In this document: in pieces, positions 45,009-52,912 of the stretch
Layout: each line of letters opens with the position of its first letter
Numbering within the stretch: position 1 is the stretch's first letter
Source: Candidatus Omnitrophota bacterium
GTDB lineage: Bacteria; Omnitrophota; Gorgyraeia; Gygaellales; Profunditerraquicolaceae
Length of the DNA: 58,624 nt
Assembly: GCA_041654215.1 (NCBI GenBank)
Contig: JBAZDY010000001.1
Location: forward strand, 1 to 58,624
Reading direction: 5' to 3'
Made by a program: the position numbers and the translations under genes
The notes under the pieces: model-generated
What the model saw: the letters and a program-made list of their open reading frames with translations, nothing else
What the model was told of the DNA's origin: nothing
Databases searched by the model: none

Positions 45009-46195
45009 CTTATTCTCCCCGTCCGGAAGAGAGCGCCGCCGGCAATCTCTTCAAGGAAAGCTTCGAAACGTCCGGACGCCTTTTTCAGGTAATCCGGATC
45101 TATCTTCACCGAGCGTGCGGCTATATCTTTACAATAACCGCACTCGGCGCAGTCTTTATGCGCGCAGGAAGAATGAAGAAAGAAATCCAGGAATCCGTCA
45201 AGCGAACGGTTGTCTATGAATATCTTTCTGCGCGAAACGATATCCCGGAAAGCGTAGAGCCTGCGCAGGTCCACACTCAAGGGCCGGAAGAAGAAAAAGA
45301 GGTTCCTCACCCAGAAAGAGGCCGCGCGGCGGAGGGTATCGGAAGGTTCCGAGAAGAGATCCGCCAGGTTGCCGTCATAACGTCCTTGGCTGTAAGCCGT
45401 CACTATCCGCTTTATCCTGCTCGTGGGCATAGTGCGGTTAACCAGCTTCAAGGCGTTTATCCCTCTCTCGGCGTAAATCCCCTTGTCCTCGGGGCGGATC
45501 CACCCGGAGCGGATAAAGTGCTCCGGGGATTTGAGTTTGATGAGAAAACAGCGCAGGAAGCAATAATCTATCACGAATCCCCCGCTCCGGTGCCCGTCCT
45601 GTGAGGCATGCGAACTAATTGCGGAATGATACCTGAAAAACGGACAGCCGTGGAGACAGTCCAGATTGGCTATCAAGCACAGTTCGCAGCCGACGGCCGA
45701 ACGTATCCGACGTAAAGCCTCGAAATCGCGGTTGACGTCCGTTGCCGAAAGAGTCAAACCGCTGGCGCCCATCTTTTCCCAGAAAACGGCCTCTTCCCCG
45801 GTTTTTATCCCCGCCTGCGTGGAAACATATATCTTCAAACACGGATAATTAGCCTTTATGAATTCCAGCAAGTACGGTATGGAAACGGTCACGCAGTCGG
45901 CCCCGCAACCGCATATCCAGTCAAGCAATGCGCGCAATCGTTTTCTGCCCGCCGGGGTCAATTCGGCGTTGCCCATACAAGCCGAATTCAGCAGATAGTT
46001 GAAAGACAGCCCTTTGGCGCGGATCGAAGCGATATGCGCGGCGGCTTTCGCGCGGCCGACAGGAGGTAAAATGCAGGAAGGCCTGCCGCCCCCGGTAAAA
46101 TCCCGGTCAAGTTGGCCGTAAAACCCGCTTATCTCCCGTAAAGGAAGCTCCTGCAGAATATCGTCCTGCCAGTTTGTCGGGACTATCAATTTCAT
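45005..46195 (-). CDS. U32-family Fe-S protein, paralog P3
   Basis: MKLIVPTNWQDD; CELCLIANLDCLHGCPFFRYH; ALKLVNR; C-terminal SCAHKDCAECGYC. There is a 4-nt overlap with the upstream radical SAM gene. Confidence 0.7.
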   Translation of the reverse strand: MKLIVPTNWQDDILQELPLREISGFYGQLDRDFTGGGRPSCILPPVGRAKAAAHIASIRAKGLSFNYLLNSACMGNAELTPAGRKRLRALLDWICGCGADCVTVSIPYLLEFIKANYPCLKIYVSTQAGIKTGEEAVFWEKMGASGLTLSATDVNRDFEALRRIRSAVGCELCLIANLDCLHGCPFFRYHSAISSHASQDGHRSGGFVIDYCFLRCFLIKLKSPEHFIRSGWIRPEDKGIYAERGINALKLVNRTMPTSRIKRIVTAYSQGRYDGNLADLFSEPSDTLRRAASFWVRNLFFFFRPLSVDLRRLYAFRDIVSRRKIFIDNRSLDGFLDFFLHSSCAHKDCAECGYCKDIAARSVKIDPDYLKKASGRFEAFLEEIAGGALFRTGRIR

Positions 46196-47658
46196 GATCG
46201 TTTTAGAAATATTTTTTTTGTCTTTTTCAAACTGCCGAAGAGAAAAATAAACAACAGCCAGGCCCCGCCGAAGATAAGATTACGCAAGGTTATTGTTCCC
46301 CGGGAGAGGTTTTTTATTATGACTCCCGGACGGGCGTAGTATTCCATCATACCCTTGCGCTGGAAATAACGCAAGGCGTCGCCGCTCATGCCTTGCGGGG
46401 CATAGACCAGCCCCCCTCCCAGGTGTGTCCAGTCAGCCCAACTGGTGAACTTCTCCGGGGATTCTTTTATCAGGTTTTTCCCGTGTTCCTCGAAGAAACG
46501 GGACCCCGGGTAAGGCACGGCAAGATTGAACTTTACTATGTCGCAATTCAACTCTCTGGCGAAATCTATCGTCTGCCTGCATGTAGCCGGCGTTTCCCCG
46601 GGCAGGCCGAGAATAAACAACCCCTGCGAAAAGATACCCGCTTTCGCGGTCTCCCTCACCGCGAACCGGGCCTGTTCCAGGGTGGTGTGCTTGTTCAACC
46701 GCTCGAGCACCTCCCGGCTGCCGACCTCTATCCCATACATGATAAGATGCGCCCCGGCTTCCTTCATCGCGCGCAGCAGGCGCGGAGTCACTTTATCTAC
46801 CCTTGTCTCCGTGCACCAACGGACCTTTTTATGCAGACCGCGCCCGATGATTATCCGGCAGAAACGCAGGCCGCTATCTTCGTCCCAGGGGAAATAAGCG
46901 TCGCTAAAACCGAAATATCCGACCCGCAAGGTATCGGCAAAATACTCCATTTCGTCGGCCACTTTCTCAAGGTCACGGAAACGCATGCGCGGATATACCT
47001 TATCCTGGGAACAATAATAACAGCGGTATTTGCATCCCCGGGAAGCGATAATCGGGAACGCGCGGGACCTGTTGATCGCTACCAGAGGCGCCTCCTTATA
47101 AAGGTCGGCGTCGAATAAATGCCAGGCCGGCAACGGAAGGGAATCGAGGTCGTCGCGCAGAGGCCTGTCCGGGTTTTCGACAACCGCGCTGTCTTCGCTA
47201 TAGCTTATGCCCGGCGCTTCTCTCCAGGATTTGCCGGAACGGATGTTACGGCAGACCTCCAGCAGGGTATCCTCCCCTTCTCCCCTCACTACGATATCAG
47301 CCATGCCGTCTCCCAGCATGTCCGCCGGAAAACACGTGGCGTGGATATGGCCCAGAATTATCGTAACGTCCGTGTTTTCTGCGCGGATACGGGATATCAT
47401 CCTTTTAATGTCCGGGACAACGGTAGTTAGAGCCGCAATACCTATCACCCCCGGTCTGAATGAAGATATCTTCCGCAAAAGAGCGTCATCCCCGGTTTTC
47501 AGGGCAAACTGGTCATAGACGGCGACCTCAAAACCGTCTTTTTCCAGCACAGCCGAGAGATAGGCCAGCCCCAAAGGGGCTATCGGAGCGCAAAACTTGC
47601 GATAAGCCCAGCTTTTAGATACCACGCTGGAATCGGGATTGATCAGTAATACTCTCAT
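46192..47658 (-). CDS. B12-binding-domain radical SAM enzyme (class B), with a hydrophobic C-terminal helix
   Basis: N-terminal Rossmann-like B12 domain (VLLINPD...GIAALTT...IILGHIHAT). Cluster motif ASRGCKYRCYYC. The tail is LIFGGAWLLFIFLFGSL. Confidence 0.8.
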   Translation of the reverse strand: MRVLLINPDSSVVSKSWAYRKFCAPIAPLGLAYLSAVLEKDGFEVAVYDQFALKTGDDALLRKISSFRPGVIGIAALTTVVPDIKRMISRIRAENTDVTIILGHIHATCFPADMLGDGMADIVVRGEGEDTLLEVCRNIRSGKSWREAPGISYSEDSAVVENPDRPLRDDLDSLPLPAWHLFDADLYKEAPLVAINRSRAFPIIASRGCKYRCYYCSQDKVYPRMRFRDLEKVADEMEYFADTLRVGYFGFSDAYFPWDEDSGLRFCRIIIGRGLHKKVRWCTETRVDKVTPRLLRAMKEAGAHLIMYGIEVGSREVLERLNKHTTLEQARFAVRETAKAGIFSQGLFILGLPGETPATCRQTIDFARELNCDIVKFNLAVPYPGSRFFEEHGKNLIKESPEKFTSWADWTHLGGGLVYAPQGMSGDALRYFQRKGMMEYYARPGVIIKNLSRGTITLRNLIFGGAWLLFIFLFGSLKKTKKIFLKRS

Positions 47659-47677
47659 ACCTTCCCCGCGTACAGTT

Positions 47678-49345
47678 TTATTTCCGCAGTTCGTAATAAT
47701 AAATCTCCACTCCTTCGAACGCTCGATTTTCCTTTACGAGCCTCTGCCGGGAAAGAAACTCCTCCATCCCGGCCGGAGGCCGGATTATCTTTCTGTTCCA
47801 GCCGCTGCAAACGAGCCACAACCCGCCTTCTTTCCCGCTGAACTGCCGCTCAGTGGCGGTTTTGACCCACGGCATCTTCAGCATGCCGGAAAGAGTGTTC
47901 TTTTCATATTTATCTTCGACGGGAGAATCTATCAGGAAAAGCCCGGGCAACATCCGGCGCGGCAGGTAACACGCCATGGGATACAACGTACTGTAGTGAG
48001 ACAAAAGCACGGCCTCCCCGGGCTTATATGCCCGCTTTATGTAGTCGCATACTTCGCGCAGAGGCTTGTTCATTACAACTCCGCCCGAAGGCTCGAAATG
48101 TTCATTCCGGTAATAATTCCGCAGCGCCGAAAGCGCAACGGCGAGGAATACCACGAACAAACAGATCGCCGCGGCGGGCCTGCGGCGGCAAAGCAGGCGT
48201 AAACCGCAGGCAAACAGAAGATAAAAGTAACCGCTTGCGAAAATAAGCGGCCTGTCGAACAATAGCGGGCAAAATAACGGCGATAACGCCAAAGCCGCCA
48301 GGAGCGGAACAACCATACAAACAAGTATAAAGATCGCGGAATCACTCCGGCCCCAGGAAGATGTCCCGTCTCTTCTGACTGCACAGCGCACCAAATAAAC
48401 GGTTGGCGCCAGGCAGACCGCGAAGGCCGCCAGGGTGCCGGCAGTAGAGCCGGGAAAAGCGGTGTGATAGCCGAAAAAGAAATTCTTGAATATCCCCGCC
48501 AACTGCCCCGGCGTAAGCGGAGGAACCCAGAAGTGCCCTTTAACCCGCAGAATATGATGCAGCATCTTGCCGCTCCAGGGCAAAAAAAGCAAAGCGGTAA
48601 ACAAAGACGACGCAATCCAGTATTTTACCGTTCTGCGGCCGGGGCGGCAAATAGAATACAAAAGCACAAATACGGCTTGGCCACCAAGCAGAAGAAACGC
48701 TGAATAATGAGTATAAAGAACCAGGGCATTGACCAGTGAATGCCCCGCCCAGAAAAGCTTCTTCCCGTTCTGTAATGCCGTTATCAACAATAAGCCCGAT
48801 GTCAGGGAAAGGCATTCGAACAAGGCGTACATCTTTATTTCCTGCGCGTAGTATACCTGAAAAGCGGAAATACCCATTAGCGCCGCCGAAAACAGCGCGA
48901 TACCCGTTCCAAACAGGGATTTCCCTATCGCGTAGATTAAAACAACGGCCAACAGGCTGAACAGCACAGAAGGCAGGCGCAATGCCCGTTCATTGAAAGC
49001 CGGAGAGGTATCCTCTCCGGCTTTCTGCAGAGAGGGAATTCCCGCCGCCGGCGGCGCGGACATTTGCGTTAAATAACGCCATAAAATCCGAAAAAGAGGC
49101 GGATGGATATCTCCACTGCCGGTGTGCGCGTTCTCCGGAGCGGGGTTGTAAACCTCAAGAACTATTATGGACTCATCAAACCATAATGACCTTTGCCCTA
49201 AACCATGGAGACGCGCAGCTCCAGAGGCAAAAACAATCAAAAGCGCCAGCAGTATATGCGCGCGGACGCGCAAACAGGCTCTCCCGCCGACGGACGCATA
49301 CCCGCCACCTGAACCGGAAGAATCGCCTGGAATATTATTTTTCAT
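47678..49345 (-). CDS. GT-C fold membrane glycosyltransferase (ArnT / PMT_2, GT39/GT83-like)
   Basis: About 12 predicted TM helices, SLWFDE in the first periplasmic loop, and a soluble C-terminal domain. Confidence 0.75.
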   Translation of the reverse strand: MKNNIPGDSSGSGGGYASVGGRACLRVRAHILLALLIVFASGAARLHGLGQRSLWFDESIIVLEVYNPAPENAHTGSGDIHPPLFRILWRYLTQMSAPPAAGIPSLQKAGEDTSPAFNERALRLPSVLFSLLAVVLIYAIGKSLFGTGIALFSAALMGISAFQVYYAQEIKMYALFECLSLTSGLLLITALQNGKKLFWAGHSLVNALVLYTHYSAFLLLGGQAVFVLLYSICRPGRRTVKYWIASSLFTALLFLPWSGKMLHHILRVKGHFWVPPLTPGQLAGIFKNFFFGYHTAFPGSTAGTLAAFAVCLAPTVYLVRCAVRRDGTSSWGRSDSAIFILVCMVVPLLAALALSPLFCPLLFDRPLIFASGYFYLLFACGLRLLCRRRPAAAICLFVVFLAVALSALRNYYRNEHFEPSGGVVMNKPLREVCDYIKRAYKPGEAVLLSHYSTLYPMACYLPRRMLPGLFLIDSPVEDKYEKNTLSGMLKMPWVKTATERQFSGKEGGLWLVCSGWNRKIIRPPAGMEEFLSRQRLVKENRAFEGVEIYYYELRK

Positions 49346-49408
49346 AAAGGCTACCCAATCCCCCGTCCCCGGGTATGCGGATGACCAGTCTGGTCTTTGC
49401 CGCGAAGT

Positions 49409-50986
49409 TCATTCATCGTACCATCGGGGGCGCCTTAAGCGCATAAAACCGGTCAACTCTTCAACGCTTCTTTTACCGCGCAGGGCATCCCAAAGAGACA
49501 AAAAAAGCATCTTCAGGGTATTCCTGAGAAACCAGCGGTAAAGACCCCTCTTGTGTTTATGCGGTGAAAAAAGCCCGCGTATTAACCAGTGCGGCCTGTA
49601 AAGCACATACCGTTTGTTCAATTCCATATTCAGATCTGAAAGCTCCGCCCTGGACAATCCGGTCTCGGAAGACATCAATGGGGTTGCCCAGTCGTATTTG
49701 CTGAAATCGGTTTCCAGGAGACGGCCCCGCGCTTTGACCTCCTGGTAAAGGAACGTGCCGGGCACCGGGGCTACCGGATGGAAAGCGGGATAATCTATAT
49801 CTATCTCCACCGCGTATTTAACGAGATCAAGCATGGACTTCCTGGTGTCGAACGGCAGGCAGGTAACAAACGTCCCCTGACGAAAAACGTGCGGGTATTT
49901 GTTCTTGAATATCGCAAAAACCTCCTTGATCATATCACGAGTATAGGCGGTTTTCTTGAGGAGGCGCAGATCTTCAGAACAGCACCGCTCCACCCCGATC
50001 AGCGGATGCACCATTCCGGCCCTGACCATTTTTTCAAGTATGCCGAGTTTCTCGTCGCGTAAAGTAAAATCAGCCCGGATAAAAGCCCACCAGTAAAGAT
50101 CTTTATAATTTCTCTTCAGCAGGCCTTCGCAAAACTCGTTTGTCCACTCGGGCTGGACGTTGAAGGTAGGGTCGGCCCAAAGAATATAACGCCGGCCGTA
50201 TTCTTTATAGATGATATCCACCTCCTCCAGCGTGCGCTGAACGCTCTTGGTCCGGTAGCGCGGAGAAACTTCAAGCTCGCCTTTCTCGATATCATTGCGT
50301 TTCTGCGTGCCCCAGAACGTCCATAAGGAACAAAAATTGCAGCGGTCCACGCAGCCACGGGAATGCTCCAGTGTGGCGCTTTGCGGCCAGATGTAGCCGA
50401 AACGGGAATATTTGCCCATCGGCATAAGGTCATAAGCCGGCAACGGCAGGCTGTCCAGATCGGAAACCATCTCTCGCAGGGCCGTGCGCACGGCCCTGCC
50501 GTTCTTGAGGTAGGCGATCCCTTGAACCCCGGAAAGATCCCCCCCTCTGCGCAGAGCGGCAATAAGCTCCACGATCGTCTCTTCCCCTTCGAAACGCACA
50601 ATAAAATCCAGAGGGAACGACTTAAGGCTCTGCTCATACATCCAGGAAAAGAAATGCCCGCCGGCTACGGTAACTATGCGCGGATATATATCCTTGGCGA
50701 GAGAAAAAAGACGGGCGGCCTCATGGTGATAAAGGGCCTCCTCCCCTGCTCCTATAATATCCGGCTTTTCGAGCTCGATTATCTCACGTAGGCTCTTCCA
50801 GCCTATCTTTAAGGGAGGACAGTCGATTATCTTGACTGTTATCTCCGGAAAGGCCCTGCGTACCGAGGCGGCTATACAGGGGAGTCCGAGCGGCAGAAGA
50901 GAATTATCCGATTCGTTTATAAACGGCCATAAATAACGGGGCGGCCGCACCAACAGGAGTTTTCTGATATCCGTGGAATTAGACAT
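49409..50986 (-). CDS. B12-binding-domain radical SAM enzyme (class B), second copy
   Basis: LLLVRPP...LGLPCIAA...IIGAGEEAL...VAGGHFFS B12-type domain. Cluster motif HSRGCVDRCNFCSLW. Confidence 0.8.
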   Translation of the reverse strand: MSNSTDIRKLLLVRPPRYLWPFINESDNSLLPLGLPCIAASVRRAFPEITVKIIDCPPLKIGWKSLREIIELEKPDIIGAGEEALYHHEAARLFSLAKDIYPRIVTVAGGHFFSWMYEQSLKSFPLDFIVRFEGEETIVELIAALRRGGDLSGVQGIAYLKNGRAVRTALREMVSDLDSLPLPAYDLMPMGKYSRFGYIWPQSATLEHSRGCVDRCNFCSLWTFWGTQKRNDIEKGELEVSPRYRTKSVQRTLEEVDIIYKEYGRRYILWADPTFNVQPEWTNEFCEGLLKRNYKDLYWWAFIRADFTLRDEKLGILEKMVRAGMVHPLIGVERCCSEDLRLLKKTAYTRDMIKEVFAIFKNKYPHVFRQGTFVTCLPFDTRKSMLDLVKYAVEIDIDYPAFHPVAPVPGTFLYQEVKARGRLLETDFSKYDWATPLMSSETGLSRAELSDLNMELNKRYVLYRPHWLIRGLFSPHKHKRGLYRWFLRNTLKMLFLSLWDALRGKRSVEELTGFMRLRRPRWYDE

Positions 50987-51185
50987 AAACGAGTGAACAA
51001 TCTCTCCTTTCTGCCCGGCATTCGTTTCAATTCGTAAAACCGGGATTTACAAATGAAACGCCGCGGGCTGATTCTTCGGCAAGCCTTGGCAGTGAGCCTG
51101 TCTAATTACTTAAGCCAGGCGTCCGCTATTTGCCGAAGCGCAATACTGCTATCCTTCCAAGATTTCCGAAAAGAGCGGCCAAACC

Positions 51186-51359
51186 CTATCCGCGAATGTA
51201 TAAACTCCAAGCGCCGTGCTCATCTCTCTGCGGATAGAAAACTTCATTCGCGCTTTTGAGCGGGAAGAAATATGTTCCATAGTGCGCCTTTCGGGCAAAC
51301 CGCGATTTTTTATTGCCGTATCGAGGGATCGGTATAGGACAACACCGGCGCGGGGACAT
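51186..51359 (-). CDS. Candidate unannotated 57-aa ORF in the gap between P4 and the second radical SAM gene
   Basis: My own translation: MSPRRCCPIPIPRYGNKKSRFARKAHYGTYFFPLKSANEVFYPQRDEHGAWSLYIRG. SD GGAGG lies 9 nt upstream of the ATG. A TGcTATAAT box lies about 27 nt upstream. I recognise no family. Confidence 0.25.
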   Translation of the reverse strand: MSPRRCCPIPIPRYGNKKSRFARKAHYGTYFFPLKSANEVFYPQRDEHGAWSLYIRG

Positions 51360-51385
51360 ACCGCATGGCCTCCGACGATTTTATG

Positions 51386-51394
51386 ATTATAGCA
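51386..51394 (-). promoter_or_regulatory. Extended -10-like box (TGCTATAAT)
   Basis: The minus strand reads tgctataat. A weak -35 (tttcta) lies 17 nt upstream. Confidence 0.25.
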
Positions 51395-51464
51395 TCTGAG
51401 GCGAGATTTAGAAAGCTGGATTTGAAGAAATGCCTTCGGTTGTTTCACGGACAAACCGCAGCGT

Positions 51465-52670
51465 TTATTTTCTTCCGCTCCGGCTTTTATCCTTGATAAA
51501 AAAGATGCCTCCTCCGGCAAGATCGTCGAGAGCTCTGCGATAAGTCCTGAGCGCGGCCTCTTTGATGCCGGCAGAGACGGTCAAAGCTTTGGAAGTCGCG
51601 TCGCGGCAGTAACCGCAGGAAGAACAATCATATCCGCGGCACTTCCCCTGACGAAAAAATTCCAGGAAGCCGTCCAGTTTACGGTTATCCAGGTATATCC
51701 CTCCGGCAGAAAGCGCGCGGCCGAGAGCGGCAAGGCGCAGAATGTCGTATTGAAAAGGTCGGAAGAAATAAAAAAACTTCTTTAAAATCTGAGGAGCGAA
51801 ATTAACCACGTATTTATCCGTGTTAAAGGGAAAGAGATCCAGGAGATTACCCTCGTACCTGCCGGCTGTATAAGCCGAAACTATGCGCGCCAACTCCGCG
51901 GACTTCATTCCCCTGTCCACAAGCTTTATGCGGTCAACGCCGGCTTCTTCATAGAAACGCACATCCTCGGGACGGATCCATACCGCCGATAACATCCTTT
52001 CCGGCTCAGACAAACGCATGAACCTACAGAGAAGAGAACAATAGTCGATATGGAAACTTCCCGTTTCGCGCCTGCGCGAGGCGTGGCTGGAGATATTCCC
52101 GTGGTACCGTTGAAGATGACAATTAGGCAGGCACGGCAGATTGGCTATCAATTGCAGGTGGCAGTGTACGCGTCTGCGTATAGCGCCCAGCAGGCGAAAA
52201 TCACGGTTGACATCCACGCAGGAGAGGGTGATCTGTTCGGCCCCCATATCTTCCCAGTAGGCGGCGCGCGCCGGTGTATCCACTGCGGCACCCACCGAAA
52301 CCGAGATCTTGAAATGAGGGAATGATTTCTTCACCAGAGCCAGCAGATAAGGCGTGGAAACGGTCACCCCATCCGCTCCTGCGAGAGAAATAACATCAAG
52401 AAGACGGCGTATCCTCACCTGCCCCCCCCTCGTCCATTCCATATTGCCTGTGCAAACCGGGTTCAAAAGATAATTAAAAGCCAATCCCAGGGAATGAGCG
52501 CGCCCGACCTCGCGACAAAGCGCTTTCCTGCCGGCTGAAGGAAGCAGGCAGGAAGCATGCGCGCCGCCCAGGCAATCGGGTTCCATTTTGCCGTAAACTT
52601 CGGCTACCGACGAAATATCTATCGTATCCAGCAGATCCGTCTGCCAGTTAATCGGCACGGAAAACTTCAT
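51465..52670 (-). CDS. U32-family Fe-S protein, paralog P4
   Basis: MKFSVPINWQTD; CHLQLIANLPCLPNCHLQRYH; RIKLVDR; C-terminal KCRGYDCSSCGYC. Confidence 0.7.
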   Translation of the reverse strand: MKFSVPINWQTDLLDTIDISSVAEVYGKMEPDCLGGAHASCLLPSAGRKALCREVGRAHSLGLAFNYLLNPVCTGNMEWTRGGQVRIRRLLDVISLAGADGVTVSTPYLLALVKKSFPHFKISVSVGAAVDTPARAAYWEDMGAEQITLSCVDVNRDFRLLGAIRRRVHCHLQLIANLPCLPNCHLQRYHGNISSHASRRRETGSFHIDYCSLLCRFMRLSEPERMLSAVWIRPEDVRFYEEAGVDRIKLVDRGMKSAELARIVSAYTAGRYEGNLLDLFPFNTDKYVVNFAPQILKKFFYFFRPFQYDILRLAALGRALSAGGIYLDNRKLDGFLEFFRQGKCRGYDCSSCGYCRDATSKALTVSAGIKEAALRTYRRALDDLAGGGIFFIKDKSRSGRK

Positions 52671-52810
52671 TACAAACTCCGTTTTTTTGTGGGGCTCGCC
52701 TTTTGAGATATCATTTGAGTGGAGCCCGCGGCTCCTTCTATTTCCCGGCGAAGCCGATGCTTCGCCGGTACACAGCGCTTATTCGGCTATCTGCTTGTTC
52801 AAGCGACCTC

Positions 52811-52851
52811 CCCGGAGCTTCGCACGAGCGAATACCGAACCTTCCAGTCGG
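52811..52851 (-). repeat. Copy 3 (box A, followed directly by a box C-like segment) of the dispersed element, in the P4 leader
   Basis: The minus strand reads ccgactggaaggttcggtattcgctcgtgcgaagctccgggg. It shares the 17-mer gtattcgctcgtgcgaa with 16-32, plus flanking partial matches. Confidence 0.55.
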
Positions 52852-52912
52852 TTTGGGTATTATATCACATCCGCGGGAAAATTTCTAAGAAAGAGGGGCG
52901 AAAACGGGAATC

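Noticed and set aside
50987-51464. A possible cobalamin riboswitch upstream of the B12-radical SAM gene.
   Set aside because: I could not find a convincing B12 box or the conserved GCCACUG core. The sequence ggctcactgcc is only a loose resemblance. An Infernal scan is needed for a definitive answer.
51149-51520. The 123-aa track ORF in the P4/radical SAM gap.
   Set aside because: It starts inside the P4 coding region, has no SD and matches no recognisable family. The 57-codon ORF in another frame has better start signals, though it is itself uncertain.
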